From IMG/VR virus record IMGVR_UViG_3300014202_001519: a DNA stretch of 64,000 bases; one strand, given 5' to 3'. This document shows, in pieces, positions 1 to 9,769 of the stretch. Under the pieces are notes generated by a model. It saw nothing but the letters and a program-made list of their open reading frames with translations, searched no databases and was not told the origin of the DNA. Source of the stretch: a virus. Positions within the stretch are counted from its first letter, which is position 1. Each line of letters opens with the position of its first letter. The position numbers were made by a program, and so were the translations under genes.

Positions 1-1646
1 CGCTTCGGTTCCAGCATATCGGCGTGATTCTTCATCGCTTCTGCCGCACCGAGCAAGTCTTCCGTCTTGACCTGACCCTCGATGTTACCGCCATTGAGAC
101 GGTAAATCGCTGCGATCTTGGCCCGTTCGGTGACTTCCCGAATGAACGCTGGAATGCGACCCGCCAGATTCTTGCCGACATTGGTAAAGTCGGTATTCTG
201 TGCGAACAGGCCACGCCCATACAGCTTGACCAGCTTGATAGCCGCTTCCGCATCGGGCGGCTTCACTTCGACCAGCGTATCAAGCCGACCCATACGGAGC
301 AGAGCGGGATTGATATTCTCGACATGGTTAGTCGTGAACACCGTAATGATTTCCCCGCCCTTGGTATCGCAACCGTCCATGATATTAAGGACGGTATCCA
401 TGCTCAGGTTGCGGTCGCCTTCCAGCACACGGTCAATATCTTCCGCAAATACGATTGCGGGAGCATACTGAGCGGCCAGTTGCAGACCCTTCTTAAGATC
501 AAGCACGCTTTCCAGATACAGGAAAGTGAAACCGTGCTTGACGCCCTTGAGCGCCGTGACTGTGGCGGTCAAGGTCTTGCCCACGCCGTAAGGACCGTAG
601 AGCAAGATACCACGCTTGAGCGGCACCTTGTATCGACGGCACGCAGCCGAGAACTCAATCGGTGCGAACAGCCCAATCTTCAGCGCGTTAGTGACTTCGC
701 TGCCGAAAATCAAATCGTCTTCGGTGACGCCACCCAACGGCATGTACTTCGGGCAGTGTTCGGACGGGGAGAAGTCCCGACCTTCACGCTCCCATTCAAA
801 GCTAATCTTCACGGCTTGCCCGCGATAGATGGAACGGGTACGGAGAAATTCCTCCGTCTTTTCGGCAATGGCCGCAACCTGATCCTTGTTCTTCTGCTTG
901 ACCTTCCCGTTAATCACGAAACGGGGAGTCGGTTCAGCCTGGATACCAGTCTGAAGGAAACCTTCAATGCCAGGGATCATCACGCGACCCCACGGCACTT
1001 GCATCTTTTCGGTCAGACTGATCGGCACGCCAATCATCGTCGGCGGGGTAGGCCCGAAGAAGCCAGGAGTCGGCACCAATTCGGCCCAACCGTGGATTTC
1101 GGCCAGAGCGCGATGAAACGCTACGGCACCGTCCATTGGCGAGTAATGAAATTCATAATGAATCCCAATGTCGCGCTCATCTTCTTCACGCTTGCGACGA
1201 AGCCACTCGATACCTTCGTCAAAGGTCATATCCTTTGGCAGCACGATTTGCTTGCCACTACGGACGATTTCAACGTCCTTGACGGTCATCTTGATACCAG
1301 AGCCTGCGGGAGCGGGTGCGGTTGCCATTTCTATTTCATCCTTTGGTATTTTAGGCGACGGTAAATATGTGGGCGATGGATACTTCGTAAATTCCTTGTA
1401 ACCACCAGGGACATGTATTTTAATGTCGCTTAAGTCTGATGCTGCACCACTAATAGCACATATCTTTACATCTTCCAGTGACAGAGCATCATACTTCGCT
1501 TTAGTCTCTTTATATGTTTTTTCGCATTCCGCCATCAAAGTTTCAATTTGTGGTGGCGGCGGTCCTAATATTGCGCAGAGCAAATCTTGCAATAATAGGG
1601 CATCTAGTTGGTTGTTTAACTTCCGTTGAAGTTCTTCTTTCGTCAT
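1..1646 (-). CDS. AAA+ ATPase (FtsH/CDC48-like AAA domain), 3' end runs off the window
   Basis: Manual minus-strand translation (not in ORF track): KRGILLYGPYGVGKT (Walker A), IVFAEDID (Walker B), FTTN, LLRMGRLD. Frame is open from ATG 1646; second ATG at 1328 has an AAGGA SD. Confidence 0.9.
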   Translation of the reverse strand, partial: MTKEELQRKLNNQLDALLLQDLLCAILGPPPPQIETLMAECEKTYKETKAKYDALSLEDVKICAISGAASDLSDIKIHVPGGYKEFTKYPSPTYLPSPKIPKDEIEMATAPAPAGSGIKMTVKDVEIVRSGKQIVLPKDMTFDEGIEWLRRKREEDERDIGIHYEFHYSPMDGAVAFHRALAEIHGWAELVPTPGFFGPTPPTMIGVPISLTEKMQVPWGRVMIPGIEGFLQTGIQAEPTPRFVINGKVKQKNKDQVAAIAEKTEEFLRTRSIYRGQAVKISFEWEREGRDFSPSEHCPKYMPLGGVTEDDLIFGSEVTNALKIGLFAPIEFSAACRRYKVPLKRGILLYGPYGVGKTLTATVTALKGVKHGFTFLYLESVLDLKKGLQLAAQYAPAIVFAEDIDRVLEGDRNLSMDTVLNIMDGCDTKGGEIITVFTTNHVENINPALLRMGRLDTLVEVKPPDAEAAIKLVKLYGRGLFAQNTDFTNVGKNLAGRIPAFIREVTERAKIAAIYRLNGGNIEGQVKTEDLLGAAEAMKNHADMLEPK

Positions 1647-1658
1647 GCCAACTCCATT

Positions 1659-1686
1659 ATCTTACTGCCAATTTTTGCATTGTCAA
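1659..1686 (-). promoter_or_regulatory. sigma70-type promoter TTGACA-N16-TAAGAT
   Basis: Consensus -35 and -10-like hexamer just upstream of ATG 1646. Confidence 0.65.
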
Positions 1687-2144
1687 AAGGAATCCCACTC
1701 TTGATCTTTACTTTTTTGGAGTTCGTGCATCGCTTGGCGATAGGTGTCAATATCCTTGCCAGTAAGGACTTGCACCGCTGTATTGCCAGGGTGAATATCA
1801 CTTTCATGCGTGATCGTCCACGCCTTGATTTTCCTTACGTCATCGTCCGTAAGAGAACCCCAGCAAGCCTCGCCATCTTCCATCACTTCACGGAAGAAAA
1901 TGATATTGCCAAGGAAGCCGCAGTTGGGTTCCATACCTGGAACATACATAGCCTCCTCATTGACCATAGCCTTGACTTCGCCGCCAATCCAAACGACTTC
2001 TACATAACCTTTAACAAGGTCTTGCGCCAACTTCAACTCTTTTTCAGAGCGTTCATCTTCATCTGCGAACGAAATATTGAAATTTCGTTCTTCGACAGGC
2101 TTGTTGGGTTCCTTAAACATCCAACGTAGGTTAATCGTCTTCAT
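1683..2144 (-). CDS. DUF3846-like protein
   Basis: LAQDLVKGYVEVV...VNEEA...PN...GNIIF...GSLTDDD pattern; start trimmed to MKTINL. Confidence 0.55.
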   Translation of the reverse strand: MKTINLRWMFKEPNKPVEERNFNISFADEDERSEKELKLAQDLVKGYVEVVWIGGEVKAMVNEEAMYVPGMEPNCGFLGNIIFFREVMEDGEACWGSLTDDDVRKIKAWTITHESDIHPGNTAVQVLTGKDIDTYRQAMHELQKSKDQEWDSF

Positions 2145-2355
2145 CTTCCGACCTTTCAAATGGGTGTTTAGATTTGGAAGGTGCATGAGCATAATGCTCT
2201 ACCCGATTCTTAATTGCCGCTTTATGCAGTGGCTCATAACAATCGGGGCACCATGCTTTGTTTTGACAAACGCCGCCGCCAGTGGGTGAGACGTTATAGC
2301 GATTTCGCCCAACAAGTTCTTTCCCACATTCATGACAGTGCGTTGCTGTGTTCAT
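2131..2355 (-). CDS. small Zn-ribbon hypothetical protein
   Basis: CHEC...CPDC; overlaps both neighbours. Confidence 0.55.
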   Translation of the reverse strand: MNTATHCHECGKELVGRNRYNVSPTGGGVCQNKAWCPDCYEPLHKAAIKNRVEHYAHAPSKSKHPFERSEDEDD

Positions 2356-2729
2356 GTTAGGAATATATCCTTGAGAAGTTGTTCATCATCATCATGTGGA
2401 CCCAACCGCAATGAAGTAGATGGCATCGTATGAAGATAAAACAAATTGTTCCTAAACAAAGTAAAAAACCCCGCTGACTTTGGGGTTTCATGGGGTGCTA
2501 CTAGGTGTTTATGTTCTATAGGACCAGCAACAGGTGCATATCTAAACTCATTTCCAACTCTTACATATTTTATATTTGCTGGGTTCCCTTCATCTACGAT
2601 TGCTTTGATTTCTTGGATAGAAAGAGCAGAACGCATCACCTCTACCTCCATGTGACCAAGATCGAACCTCCTTACTGTAGTCCAGAAAGTTTGCTTGTCA
2701 AGACACTTTCTGGAAAATAGATTATACAT
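2352..2729 (-). CDS. hypothetical protein
   Basis: ORF in packed minus-strand run; start may be 2651. Confidence 0.55.
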   Translation of the reverse strand: MYNLFSRKCLDKQTFWTTVRRFDLGHMEVEVMRSALSIQEIKAIVDEGNPANIKYVRVGNEFRYAPVAGPIEHKHLVAPHETPKSAGFFTLFRNNLFYLHTMPSTSLRLGPHDDDEQLLKDIFLT

Positions 2730-2734
2730 AAGAT

Positions 2735-3253
2735 ATGCACGAATCCAGTTATAATTTCATGAAAACCTTCGTTGAGCAGTATGTCAAAAAGGGTGATTCC
2801 GTTTTAGATGTAGGATCATACGACGTAAATGGTTCTTATAAACCATTGTTTGACGGCTGCCATTATTTGGGCATTGATATAGAAACAGGCCCAAACGTAG
2901 ACGTTGTTCTAAGTGAAATGTATAAATATCCGTTTCCAGATAATCATTTTGATGTTGTTGTATCTGGACAATGCTTGGAGCATACATTCCACCCGTGGCG
3001 AGCGGTCAATGAAATTGGCCGTGTCGTAAAACACGGCGGCTTTGTTTGTTTAATAGCACCCTGGCAATGGCCGATACACCGCTATCCAGTAGATTGCTTT
3101 AGAATACTACCAGATGGCATGGCCAATATGATGAAAGATGCTGGACTAGAAGTTCTTTCTTGCACCCATAGCACCGCTGGTACTAGCTTTAGTCCTGTCG
3201 AGAACGATTGCTATGGAGTCGGCAGGAAACTACTCCCAATACTTACCCCATGA
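2735..3253 (+). CDS. class I SAM-dependent methyltransferase (Methyltransf_11-like)
   Basis: VLDVGS, GIDIETGPNVDVV, FDVVVSGQCLEH, HRYPVDCFR. Confidence 0.85.
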   Translation: MHESSYNFMKTFVEQYVKKGDSVLDVGSYDVNGSYKPLFDGCHYLGIDIETGPNVDVVLSEMYKYPFPDNHFDVVVSGQCLEHTFHPWRAVNEIGRVVKHGGFVCLIAPWQWPIHRYPVDCFRILPDGMANMMKDAGLEVLSCTHSTAGTSFSPVENDCYGVGRKLLPILTP

Positions 3254-3859
3254 TGTTCCGAAGAACTTCTGAATCTTTTTTAAGTATTCCCAGGTTTTAA
3301 TCTTGGTCATCCACAGTTTATGACCTTGCCCACCCTTACAGACTACCCCTTCGTCTATTGGGTACTTTTTCTCTCGTACATCCGTGATGAAGTCTTCCGT
3401 AAGTCTGCCCTGGTAAATGACTTCGGCACTACGGACGTGTCCGAATTGAGAAACAAAGTCCAAAGGACTTACAAAGCCTCGTTTGTGTATGTTTACGTCA
3501 AATAGGACTAATTCTTTTGGGTCGTTATTATCTACCTGTAAGATTCCAGGGTCATGTAACCCAGCAAAAGAATGCGGTCCTAGATACTCCATGAAAACGA
3601 TGGCACTTTCTGCCTTTGGATAATTGTCTCGAATCGCTTTTGTCAGTGGTTCGGCGTGCGTGTTCTCAAAAATGCCGATGGCGTCCCCGAAGTGCTTGTC
3701 TGTTTTATCAAACAAGTGACCTCTGGTGCCCCACTTATACCAACCGCGTTTTTTATCCCATTCACTCCGCAGATTACTGCCGTCGTATTTGCGGAAAGCA
3801 ATACAATGCTGGTTGATATATTCGTTTAGAACTTTAGGTATACTTGGATATTCTTTCAT
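3230..3859 (-). CDS. RNA ligase-family nucleotidyltransferase
   Basis: Motif I KYDGSN, motif III FMEYLG, IIIa LFDV, IV EGVVCK, V KIKT. Confidence 0.7.
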   Translation of the reverse strand: MKEYPSIPKVLNEYINQHCIAFRKYDGSNLRSEWDKKRGWYKWGTRGHLFDKTDKHFGDAIGIFENTHAEPLTKAIRDNYPKAESAIVFMEYLGPHSFAGLHDPGILQVDNNDPKELVLFDVNIHKRGFVSPLDFVSQFGHVRSAEVIYQGRLTEDFITDVREKKYPIDEGVVCKGGQGHKLWMTKIKTWEYLKKIQKFFGTSWGKYWE

Positions 3860-4314
3860 TTCTTCTTTATTACTTCAATCTGACCCTTCTTAGGACCAGT
3901 ACAGTAAACCCTTTCGCAAGCTTCCATCCCGCCAGGAGGACTTTCAAGGATATTGACTCTGAGAACAACCTTGTCGATACAGCCTTTGAAACACAGGTGC
4001 GGGATAAGTTGGGACCGCAGTGAATCGAAGGTGACTTTGGGCGCTGGAGATACATCGAACGCTCTGACGAACCTACCGATATTGAAGTTAAATCCAGGGA
4101 ACACTACTTCCCCGTCAGCTTTACCGCCGTAAATTTCCCTTAATGCAGGGAAGAAAAGAACCTCAAAAGACCCGTTACTAAGTTCGCTTATCTTGCAGCC
4201 AACGCTACCCAAACTGTCCCAACTCTTGTTGACTGCCGCAGTAAGCTTGTCAAAGAATGGGGGCGGTGTAGATTTGGACGAATTTAAGAAACGGTAGTTT
4301 TTCTTGTCCTTCAT
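3856..4314 (-). CDS. conserved hypothetical protein
   Basis: ORF trimmed to MKDKKN (GGAG upstream); FEVLFFPALREIYGGKADG motif. Confidence 0.6.
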   Translation of the reverse strand: MKDKKNYRFLNSSKSTPPPFFDKLTAAVNKSWDSLGSVGCKISELSNGSFEVLFFPALREIYGGKADGEVVFPGFNFNIGRFVRAFDVSPAPKVTFDSLRSQLIPHLCFKGCIDKVVLRVNILESPPGGMEACERVYCTGPKKGQIEVIKKK

Positions 4315-4384
4315 GCGATGACTCCGATTAGTGGTTTCTGCGCGCTGGACACCAAAATATACAACAAAGTTGGACTTTGGTAAA

Positions 4385-4912
4385 TCAAAGGGGTTCGTAG
4401 ATAAGAACCTTCGTATCTTCGGGCAAATCCTCAGCAAAATTCTCAATATGAGTCTTAACCACTCCCCACGGCAATCCACCCAGGCCACAACCAAGCGCGG
4501 GAATAGCAATGGATTTAATACCCCGCGACTCAACTACATGCTTCAATTTATCCAAACCATCCGTGACATATTCCAATTTGGATGGAGATAGATCATCTTT
4601 AGTAGGAAAATTGATAATGTATTTCGGGTCGCCTTCTGGATTAGTCCAAATGTGCATTAAACCAGGCCGCAAAGCCTTAGCCTTGCAAATCCTGATATAA
4701 TCCTTATTCATTTTAGGGAATTTCTTCCTGAACGCCGCAGCCAGTCCAGCACCCATAACGCCTATACAATTGACCGTGTTTACCAGTGCTTCGCAACCTG
4801 ACTCAAACAAATCGCCCTTGCGATATTCATACATATCAACGTAGCGAATACAGCATACACAGCCTGCATTATCGCATACATCGCAATATGGTTTCATTCT
4901 AATCGTTTTCAT
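4385..4912 (-). CDS. macrodomain ADP-ribose hydrolase (DarG-like)
   Basis: KGDLF, LVNTVNCIGVMGAGLA, IINFPTK, SIAIPALGCGLGGLPW; start may be 4834. Confidence 0.9.
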   Translation of the reverse strand: MKTIRMKPYCDVCDNAGCVCCIRYVDMYEYRKGDLFESGCEALVNTVNCIGVMGAGLAAAFRKKFPKMNKDYIRICKAKALRPGLMHIWTNPEGDPKYIINFPTKDDLSPSKLEYVTDGLDKLKHVVESRGIKSIAIPALGCGLGGLPWGVVKTHIENFAEDLPEDTKVLIYEPL

Positions 4913-5582
4913 AGTATTCTTTCCTTATTTGTTCATTAAGAAGATTGTGCGACTTCTCAATGTATGGCCAAGCCAAATCTGAAATCCTTTTTAATTCTGG
5001 ATCGTGTTTCCAATTACCGCCAGGATGTAGTTTTATAATGTATTCCGCTTTCTCGTCCTGACCATAGAACGCCACTTCACCAAAAGCGTTTTCAAGATAG
5101 TTCTCAAACTTCTCAACAGGAAAGGCTGCTTCGCCAATCACAATTTCATCTTCTAATTTACCGACATGACAATATACATCCTTGCCATTAGGATCAATGA
5201 AATTGATCTTTAGTGGATGCCAGGACGTGCGTTCCCTGCCATTGTGAACATCAGGGAAATCCAAATGCGGGCCATCCCACCAGTAACGATGCCTGACAGT
5301 TAATGGGAATACAGCTGCGTTATGATGCTCGCAAATTTCTAATGCTTTGTGGTAGTCAGCCAATTGCTTGTATGTTTCATCTTCCTTATTAGGCACGTTT
5401 TCTAATAGGACTTTAGATTCTTGGAGCATGGCATAAAATATATGAATGTATATAACAGGATAATGCACATCGGGGTCAAATGGCTCATTGATGACCCTAA
5501 CGATGTTTTCAGCGCGTTCCCGTGCTGCAAGGTGCAAAATCCCATCATGCCCAAATATTTTAATTGCCTCTTCCAGATTCAT
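4899..5582 (-). CDS. hypothetical protein
   Basis: Long ORF in packed run; start trimmed to MNLEEA. Confidence 0.65.
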   Translation of the reverse strand: MNLEEAIKIFGHDGILHLAARERAENIVRVINEPFDPDVHYPVIYIHIFYAMLQESKVLLENVPNKEDETYKQLADYHKALEICEHHNAAVFPLTVRHRYWWDGPHLDFPDVHNGRERTSWHPLKINFIDPNGKDVYCHVGKLEDEIVIGEAAFPVEKFENYLENAFGEVAFYGQDEKAEYIIKLHPGGNWKHDPELKRISDLAWPYIEKSHNLLNEQIRKEYYEND

Positions 5583-5586
5583 TTCA

Positions 5587-5901
5587 TCACCGTGCAAGAG
5601 TGTTTGTAATGAAATAGATGCAATAAGCCACTGCTGGAAATATGACGACACCTAGATAAAGTCTTCCCCTAAGATTGCCAAGAGCCGCCCAAATGGTAAA
5701 GAAGGCAGCTACACCCCTGGCAATCCATGTTGCAGTTTCAACAGGAATGCCGACAATCTTTGCTGGAACGAAGACTACCCATAGGAATATGAAGTAAAAC
5801 ATAACCAGGGCGATTGCCATTGCAGGAGCATTAAGGCCAGTACCCTGACTGTTTTTCAAATAATCAAAGCGGTTAGGATTGTGCGTATTCCCAAAATACA
5901 T
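5587..5901 (-). CDS. membrane protein
   Basis: GGAG SD; three hydrophobic segments. Confidence 0.65.
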   Translation of the reverse strand: MYFGNTHNPNRFDYLKNSQGTGLNAPAMAIALVMFYFIFLWVVFVPAKIVGIPVETATWIARGVAAFFTIWAALGNLRGRLYLGVVIFPAVAYCIYFITNTLAR

Positions 5902-5909
5902 GATAGCTC

Positions 5910-6197
5910 CTACTTAGGTTGTTTCTTTTCACGTCTGCGTTTTCTTTCTTCTCTTGCCCAAATGCTTATGTAATGGTATTTGTCCATTACAACAGGAGAA
6001 ATCCAGGTTTTGTGTCCAGGTGGCGTCCATGAGCAGGCGATATTCTTCCATTTTGGGTCTTTTTCTTTCTTATTGACCCAGCGGATTAGGTGTCCACCTT
6101 GATCGTATGCCCAATGCGGTCCTGCATGTCCAGGGACACCCTGGCACTGAACGTCTTTAAGAGTGTCCTTCGACCGACACTGTTTCGGGTCTTTCAT
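5910..6197 (-). CDS. hypothetical protein
   Basis: GGAG SD; C-x9-C...H-x3-H. Confidence 0.6.
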   Translation of the reverse strand: MKDPKQCRSKDTLKDVQCQGVPGHAGPHWAYDQGGHLIRWVNKKEKDPKWKNIACSWTPPGHKTWISPVVMDKYHYISIWAREERKRRREKKQPK

Positions 6198-6417
6198 TAT
6201 TTATCTCCACTATGCTGTAGCCCCCCTCATTATCAAACTTTATGTCTTTCATACAGGATGGATACCCAACTACTAACTTAGCTAAACTTAAATCGTTTTC
6301 AAGTTTTTTAACTTTACGTTGAAGGATTATTTTCCTATCAACTAAACGTAAAATCACCCTGATAAGAATTACAATGACAAGTGTTAAGAATCCAGTCATA
6401 AACATGAAGAAGTTCAT
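6157..6417 (-). CDS. small membrane/coiled-coil protein
   Basis: N-terminal hydrophobic helix; AGGA SD. Confidence 0.5.
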   Translation of the reverse strand: MNFFMFMTGFLTLVIVILIRVILRLVDRKIILQRKVKKLENDLSLAKLVVGYPSCMKDIKFDNEGGYSIVEINNERPETVSVEGHS

Positions 6418-6595
6418 GATTAGTCCTAGTATAAAATCACTTCAAGGCACCACTTCCAGAAAATTCTAGCCTTATGCTTAAAAGGCGTGTATTTATTCCT
6501 GAAAAGTTGCTGGTCAAGTGTAAGACCGCACTTGTCGCATTGATCCAAGGATTCAATATAGCTTGAATCGCAATGAATACAGACTGTCAATGCCA

Positions 6596-6826
6596 TTATA
6601 GCTCCCCCACGTCCTCACGGGTATGGAATTTTACGATTTTAACCTTTTGTTTGGTGACAACGGAAATTTGATGGGCGAAGGGCCGCAGAGACTTCAACCG
6701 TTCTTCGTCGGCACAAATCATTGGCACCCATTGGTTTGTGCGCGGATCATTGAAACCGCAGATGCCCTCATTGCCACTATCGTCTTGGGAAATATACGCC
6801 CAAACTTCATTAATTTTAAATGCCAT
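6596..6826 (-). CDS. hypothetical protein
   Basis: Stop/start coupled to ArdC gene. Confidence 0.6.
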   Translation of the reverse strand: MAFKINEVWAYISQDDSGNEGICGFNDPRTNQWVPMICADEERLKSLRPFAHQISVVTKQKVKIVKFHTREDVGEL

Positions 6827-7740
6827 TATGCTACACTTTCATCAATTTGATTGAATCTGGACTCACTAGACCCCAAGATATAGTCTACGGCATTAGACGC
6901 CGAAGCACATACCTGAAAAATAAGGTTTTCGTCTTGTCGCATCAGTTGAATCCATTGCATATACCACTTGTTAAAGTTGGAGAAGGAAATACTATGGGGA
7001 ACCCCAAGTTCCTCTACAAGCATTGCCGCCCCAATATCCGCTCGCAATTCACGGATTGCTTCATCGGAGTTAGTATCATACCCAAGTCTAGGTTCGCTCC
7101 AGTGAATCAATTCATGAGCGAGAGCTTCATAATAACTAGGCATTCCACCCAAGCCATCTTCTTCAAAACATGCCTTAGTCGGCAGTGTAATACAATCTTT
7201 CGGCGGGTAGAAATACCATGCCTCGCCAGTGGTATTGTGTTCAATCTTTGCTTTAGTAGAGTGTAGAACCTTCTCTGCTAAATCATATACTGGCATAAGC
7301 TTAGGGCGGGATTTATAACCTTCCAAAATTGAAGTCAATTGGTCGGCATTATAGACGATTGAAGATGCGGTCAGCAGCTTGTTCACTTCTGTCTTATAGA
7401 GGATGGTTTCCGTAGACCAACTACCGAGAGGAACGCTTTCTGGCCGACTTTTAATCCCTGATCCAAGCTCCGCAAATTGGGCGACGGTGCCCCACCAGTT
7501 ACTAATGAAGCCATGCTCCCTTGCTGACATTTGTAGCAAAAGGAAGTTGATACCAAAGAACTTCTTCTTGGTTTTGGCGTCACGCGGGTAGCCAACACCT
7601 TCCCCGCAACCTTCCCACGGCTTTTGCCAGGGAACATAACGGTTTTCTAACGCCCGAACAATACGATTGTTAATGCCCTTGCGAAGCAAAATGCTAAAGT
7701 CTTCCTTAGTTCGCTTCGGGGAAAGTGTCGCCAAACTCAT
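6826..7740 (-). CDS. ardC: ArdC-like antirestriction protein (ssDNA-binding N-domain plus zincin-like domain)
   Basis: VPWQKPW, GINFLLL, DCITLP, YYEALAHELIHW (HExxH), ELRADIGAAML. Confidence 0.85.
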   Translation of the reverse strand: MSLATLSPKRTKEDFSILLRKGINNRIVRALENRYVPWQKPWEGCGEGVGYPRDAKTKKKFFGINFLLLQMSAREHGFISNWWGTVAQFAELGSGIKSRPESVPLGSWSTETILYKTEVNKLLTASSIVYNADQLTSILEGYKSRPKLMPVYDLAEKVLHSTKAKIEHNTTGEAWYFYPPKDCITLPTKACFEEDGLGGMPSYYEALAHELIHWSEPRLGYDTNSDEAIRELRADIGAAMLVEELGVPHSISFSNFNKWYMQWIQLMRQDENLIFQVCASASNAVDYILGSSESRFNQIDESVA

Positions 7741-8080
7741 CGTCCACCTCTACATCTTTCTTTCTGTTTTTGCCGTAAATGGCTTCTCCTGTTTCAAGAT
7801 CATATGCAATCGCACCATCCTCAGCGAAAGGGTTCCAATCCGCTAGGAACACATAATGCTCTGGATGATGCTCATTGTCTTCGCTGCTACGAGTTTTCTG
7901 GCATTCCTCGCCCGTCTCCGCACCGCTCACGAAATGTTCAATGGTATGGAAGCTGATGACAGGACAAAGCGGCACGTCCTTATCACCATCAGCCTGCGAC
8001 ATGAAAACCTGTGCAGGTTGATCCAACTGTGCATCCGTCATGCCATCCAGAATCATCTTAATATCGCGGTAGCTCAGCAT
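7706..8080 (-). CDS. hypothetical protein
   Basis: ORF in packed run with AAGG SD. Confidence 0.6.
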   Translation of the reverse strand: MLSYRDIKMILDGMTDAQLDQPAQVFMSQADGDKDVPLCPVISFHTIEHFVSGAETGEECQKTRSSEDNEHHPEHYVFLADWNPFAEDGAIAYDLETGEAIYGKNRKKDVEVDDEFGDTFPEAN

Positions 8081-8082
8081 AT

Positions 8083-8298
8083 TTAACCTTTTGTTTTAAC
8101 AAACATCCCTGTGTTCGTGCATTGTATATATAGCTGTCCTTTACCTTCACCCAGGCCAACGCCATGAGCCAAGGCACAGAAAGGACACATAAATGCCCAC
8201 GGACCTTGTTTGACTTTGCCATCGACAAATTTATCTTCAATTTCTGTCAGGCATAAATCGCAGTTTGTAGGCGGGTCGCCAGTCCATGTAGTATTCAT
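8083..8298 (-). CDS. small Cys-rich hypothetical protein
   Basis: CDLC...FVDGK...GPWAFMCPFC...GVGLGEGKGQLY. Confidence 0.6.
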   Translation of the reverse strand: MNTTWTGDPPTNCDLCLTEIEDKFVDGKVKQGPWAFMCPFCALAHGVGLGEGKGQLYIQCTNTGMFVKTKG

Positions 8299-8313
8299 AT
8301 AAAAAACAAGGCG

Positions 8314-9393
8314 CTATGCTGCCATAGCGCCTTTGCCCTCGTTTGGAAGTTTACGAATATCAAGTTCCTTCAATCCAGCTTCGGTGATGGAATAACCCTT
8401 GCACGAAACTGTAACCAAAGGTTCCTGATCGTCAGTCGCCGCCAACAGCCAAGGAAGAATGAACTTCTCCAATTCCTCAGACTTGCAACCAGCAACGATT
8501 GGCAGACGCTTTTCAGCGACAGGCCCGCGCCCCAACGCCTTGAGAATCGACAACCGCTGGTAGCTCATGCCGAGAGGATCAATTTCATTATCTTCCGCAA
8601 CCGCACGGGCGACATTACCCCAGCTTTCAAGCGGATTCATGTTACGTTCTAGCTGCATTTCCCGTGCGAACGCCAACGCTTCGCGGGGAACCCGTCCGCA
8701 GAAATATGCAACCAGATTGCACACACGAATATCCCATGAAGGATTGTTGACCTTAACAATCTTTGCCACTTCATCCTTAGTGTAAAGATTAAGGACACAT
8801 TTCGTAAACCGAGTATCGAAAGCGTCGAACAACTTGCCACGATCCGTAGTGGCAATCATCCAGTGAACATTCTTGCAATTAACCGTGACGCCCTTTTCCG
8901 TCACCAAGATACCGTCATTGTGTTCCGTAGCCTTGAGCAAACCGTCTACAACAGGTGCAGACAAGGCATGAACTTCGTCAATAAAGATATTAAGCGGCGG
9001 CGGAACGTAATTGTCTTCGCGGTTCAGTGGCACCAACGGCAAGCCAGCTTCGGTAAGAACCCTAGACATAATCTTAAAAATGTCATGGGTAGTCTTAACC
9101 GACTTAGGCGAAATCTCCACCAGCGGGAGCTTATTAGCCTTAGCATGACGACGCGCTAGTTCAGTCTTGCCACAACCAGCCTGCCCAATGAAGGCGATGT
9201 TAAGATCATTGCAGACATGGTTATGACGACCAAGCGCCTCAAAGTCAATGCGAATAAGCCTATCGACCGCCCGACGATTCCCAATGAAGCCGAAGTAAGG
9301 CGAAACAGGATTGGACGGGTCCAGGTAAGCCCGACGTGCCTCAACAGAAGGGGCAGGATTACCGTTGAAAAATTCCAAGTAAAGCTGATTCAT
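8314..9393 (-). CDS. ruvB: RuvB-like Holliday junction branch-migration ATPase
   Basis: FIGN, GQAGCGKTELA, FIDEVHAL, ATTDRGKL..AF.TRF, GRVPREA, IDPLG, C-terminal winged-helix pattern (GPV...EKFILPWL). Confidence 0.85.
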   Translation of the reverse strand: MNQLYLEFFNGNPAPSVEARRAYLDPSNPVSPYFGFIGNRRAVDRLIRIDFEALGRHNHVCNDLNIAFIGQAGCGKTELARRHAKANKLPLVEISPKSVKTTHDIFKIMSRVLTEAGLPLVPLNREDNYVPPPLNIFIDEVHALSAPVVDGLLKATEHNDGILVTEKGVTVNCKNVHWMIATTDRGKLFDAFDTRFTKCVLNLYTKDEVAKIVKVNNPSWDIRVCNLVAYFCGRVPREALAFAREMQLERNMNPLESWGNVARAVAEDNEIDPLGMSYQRLSILKALGRGPVAEKRLPIVAGCKSEELEKFILPWLLAATDDQEPLVTVSCKGYSITEAGLKELDIRKLPNEGKGAMAA

Positions 9394-9424
9394 AGTTCAC
9401 TCCAGTTTTTGTCTACACCAGCTT

Positions 9425-9440
9425 TGGTACAATTGCAATT
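9425..9440 (-). promoter_or_regulatory. recurrent motif AATTGCAATTGTACCA (copy 1)
   Basis: Identical copies at 12458-12473 and 34906-34921; 1-mismatch copy at 12902-12917. Confidence 0.6.
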
Positions 9441-9442
9441 GT

Positions 9443-9769
9443 CTATTCTAGCCTAAGACTAGCTTCCGTAGCTTTGGCTAAACTGGAGCCGATTTTCTCA
9501 AATAAATCATCTGGACTGTAGCCAGGATAAGATAAACCCGTCGCATGGTACTGTTCAGCCTTCCAGTGGCAGTTGTTTTGGTCAATCCCAGCGCATAATG
9601 TAATGCCGTTCTCCAAAACGTAACCGCCATTGGGCATCAGGTGTCGATCTTGTATATGGTGAGCATCCAGCTTACATTCCCGCTTACCGCACATCACGCA
9701 CTGATTCCCGTCACGGTCATAGACCGCATCGCGGAAGTCGTCCCTGACCTGTTTCTTTTTATTTTTCAT
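9443..9769 (-). CDS. HNH endonuclease
   Basis: VYDRDGNQCVMCG, LDAHHI, NGITLC, CH. Confidence 0.85.
   Translation of the reverse strand: MKNKKKQVRDDFRDAVYDRDGNQCVMCGKRECKLDAHHIQDRHLMPNGGYVLENGITLCAGIDQNNCHWKAEQYHATGLSYPGYSPDDLFEKIGSSLAKATEASLRLE

Noticed and set aside
24-1364. 446-aa plus-strand ORF
   Set aside because: Antisense shadow of the minus-strand AAA ATPase, which has all the motifs and is missing from the track only because it runs off the window.
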